Source: Candidatus Iainarchaeum sp.
Lineage (GTDB): Archaea > Iainarchaeota > Iainarchaeia > Iainarchaeales > CSSED10-239
DNA length: 32,000 bases
Assembly (NCBI GenBank): GCA_003559395.1
Contig: PWLL01000008.1
Coordinates: 1-32,000 of the forward strand
Reading direction: 5' to 3'
The notes beneath the pieces were generated by a model. It saw only the letters and a list, made by a program, of their open reading frames with translations. It was not told the origin of the DNA and did not search any database. Below are positions 31,093 through 32,000 of the stretch, in pieces (positions within the stretch are counted from its first letter, which is position 1; each line of letters begins with the position of its first letter). A program made the translations under genes and the position numbers.

Positions 31093-32000
31093 CTATGGAA
31101 AACCGCCAGGCATGGAAATTGGCTTATTTTTAGGGAATAATCCTGGCCGGAGTCCTCTGATAATGTCAGTAAGAATTGGCTCCTCAGCCGCTTTAAACTC
31201 TTCATGCTCACCATAAATCACAAACCCATCAAACTCTGTTACCATCCGATATTGGTATTCTTCGCCTGCATCTAACTCGGTTATTTCTGCATCAATTGTA
31301 GTTACGCTATTTACATTCTGCGGAGTAGTTGTCTGCCATGTCACGCCCCAATGTAAATAGCCATGAGGGATTTTCGCATACTGAAAATACACACTAACAT
31401 TTGCTCTGTGTCCTAAGTCTGTTATTTCTCCATTTAGAGTAGCAGAAGTTTCACCTACATTAGTTGGTAAGTTTGTTTGAGCGTAAGGTCTATCACCCAG
31501 ATTAGACCAAGTTTCTGCGACTGTATCATATTCATAGCAACCTGCTTCTTTGTTCCCACCCTCTACATCTTCATAGTAGGCTTTTAGTCCGTAGTCCCCG
31601 AGAGTGTCTGTGTGAACCCCTACTGTAACGTCCACTGGCATTATTACTGATGTTAGTGAGTTGTCACCGAATGCATAACCTCCTATAGTTGTAACGCTGT
31701 CTGGGATGGTGAGTGATGATATTGAGTTGGAAGCGAATGCGGAAGTTTCTATCGTGGTTACGCTATCTGGTATTGTGAGTGATGTTAGTGAGTTGTTACG
31801 GAATGCGGAATCTCCTATCGTGGTTACGCTATCTGGTATGGTGAGTGATGATATTGAGTTGTAACGGAATGCCCAATCTCCTATCGTGGTTACGCTATCT
31901 GGTATGGTGAGTGATGTTAGTGAGTTGCTACGGAATGCATCATCTCCTATAGTTGTAACGCTATCTGGTATGGTGAGTGATGTTAGTAAGTTGCTACGGA
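31093..32000 (-). CDS. BspA-type leucine-rich-repeat protein with FN3-like C-terminal domain (5'-partial; continues beyond the window)
   Basis: The ORF-track ATG at 31641 is internal. The same frame stays open to nt 32000 and encodes at least five 22-aa repeats (IPDSVTTIGDSAFRNNSLTSLT), the LRR_5/BspA pattern. The C-terminal part TNVGETSATLNGEITDLGHRANVSVYFQY....TTPQNV.......AEITELDAGEEYQYRMV looks like an FN3-type surface domain. Confidence 0.75.
   Translation of the reverse strand, partial: RSNLLTSLTIPDSVTTIGDDAFRSNSLTSLTIPDSVTTIGDWAFRYNSISSLTIPDSVTTIGDSAFRNNSLTSLTIPDSVTTIETSAFASNSISSLTIPDSVTTIGGYAFGDNSLTSVIMPVDVTVGVHTDTLGDYGLKAYYEDVEGGNKEAGCYEYDTVAETWSNLGDRPYAQTNLPTNVGETSATLNGEITDLGHRANVSVYFQYAKIPHGYLHWGVTWQTTTPQNVNSVTTIDAEITELDAGEEYQYRMVTEFDGFVIYGEHEEFKAAEEPILTDIIRGLRPGLFPKNKPISMPGGFP
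31645..32000 (-). repeat. 66-nt (22-codon) in-frame tandem repeat array, at least 5.4 copies, truncated by the window edge
   Basis: The GAGTGATG anchor recurs at 31711, 31777, 31843, 31909 and 31975, an exact 66-nt period. Confidence 0.85.

Noticed and set aside
30-31641. ORF-track start codons at 687, 2804, 6893, 7068, 22791, 26413 and 30973
   Set aside because: These 'M' residues are GTG or TTG codons sitting on or directly against the SD sequence. In-frame ATG or GTG codons 9-27 nt downstream have proper 6-11-nt SD spacing, so starts were moved accordingly.
31645-32000. Regular 66-nt repeat array that could be mistaken for a CRISPR array
   Set aside because: The repeats are contiguous with no unique spacers. 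They are in frame with a long open reading frame and translate to a coherent 22-aa LRR unit.

Overview
The window is a contiguous piece of a bacteriophage genome. GGAGG-type Shine-Dalgarno sites and a TTGACT-17-TATAAT promoter suggest a Firmicutes-like host. No rRNA, tRNA, CRISPR array, integrase or transposase was seen. Every convincing gene is on the minus strand, so transcription runs from high to low coordinates.

(1) Late/structural operon, 32000 to 7641:
- a partial BspA-type leucine-rich-repeat protein with an FN3-like C-terminus;
- a small fibre-like protein;
- a 668-aa protein with three 112-aa tandem repeats;
- a 707-aa protein with an embedded 7-bladed beta-propeller;
- a block whose gene order and sizes mirror T7 gp11-gp16 (176, 631, 131, 180, 773 and 3648 aa);
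- a tail-anchored coiled-coil membrane protein;
- a glucosaminidase-type endolysin.

(2) A junction region: a rho-independent terminator (7492-7522), three 20-nt A-tract repeats, and a near-consensus promoter (7335-7363).

(3) Early operon, 7312 to 1: XRE regulator, RHH-like protein, Cys-rich protein, small ORFs, SbcC/Rad50-like ATPase, RecT, MBL-fold hydrolase, SSB, two hypotheticals, an HTH protein, a DnaJ-type zinc-finger miniprotein and a Dam-family N6-adenine methyltransferase.

The most interesting object is the 3648-aa single ORF (8951-19897) at the position of the ejected internal-core protein. It fuses a TM-like segment, a canonical J-domain (HPD), a gamma-class N6-adenine MTase (EPSAGIGG...NPPF), a Strawberry-notch/DarB-like DExH helicase, an HExxH zincin motif and a roughly 850-aa C-terminal region of unknown function. 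I read it as an injected polyvalent anti-defence/host-takeover protein. All functional calls come from motif recognition by eye; no database search was possible.
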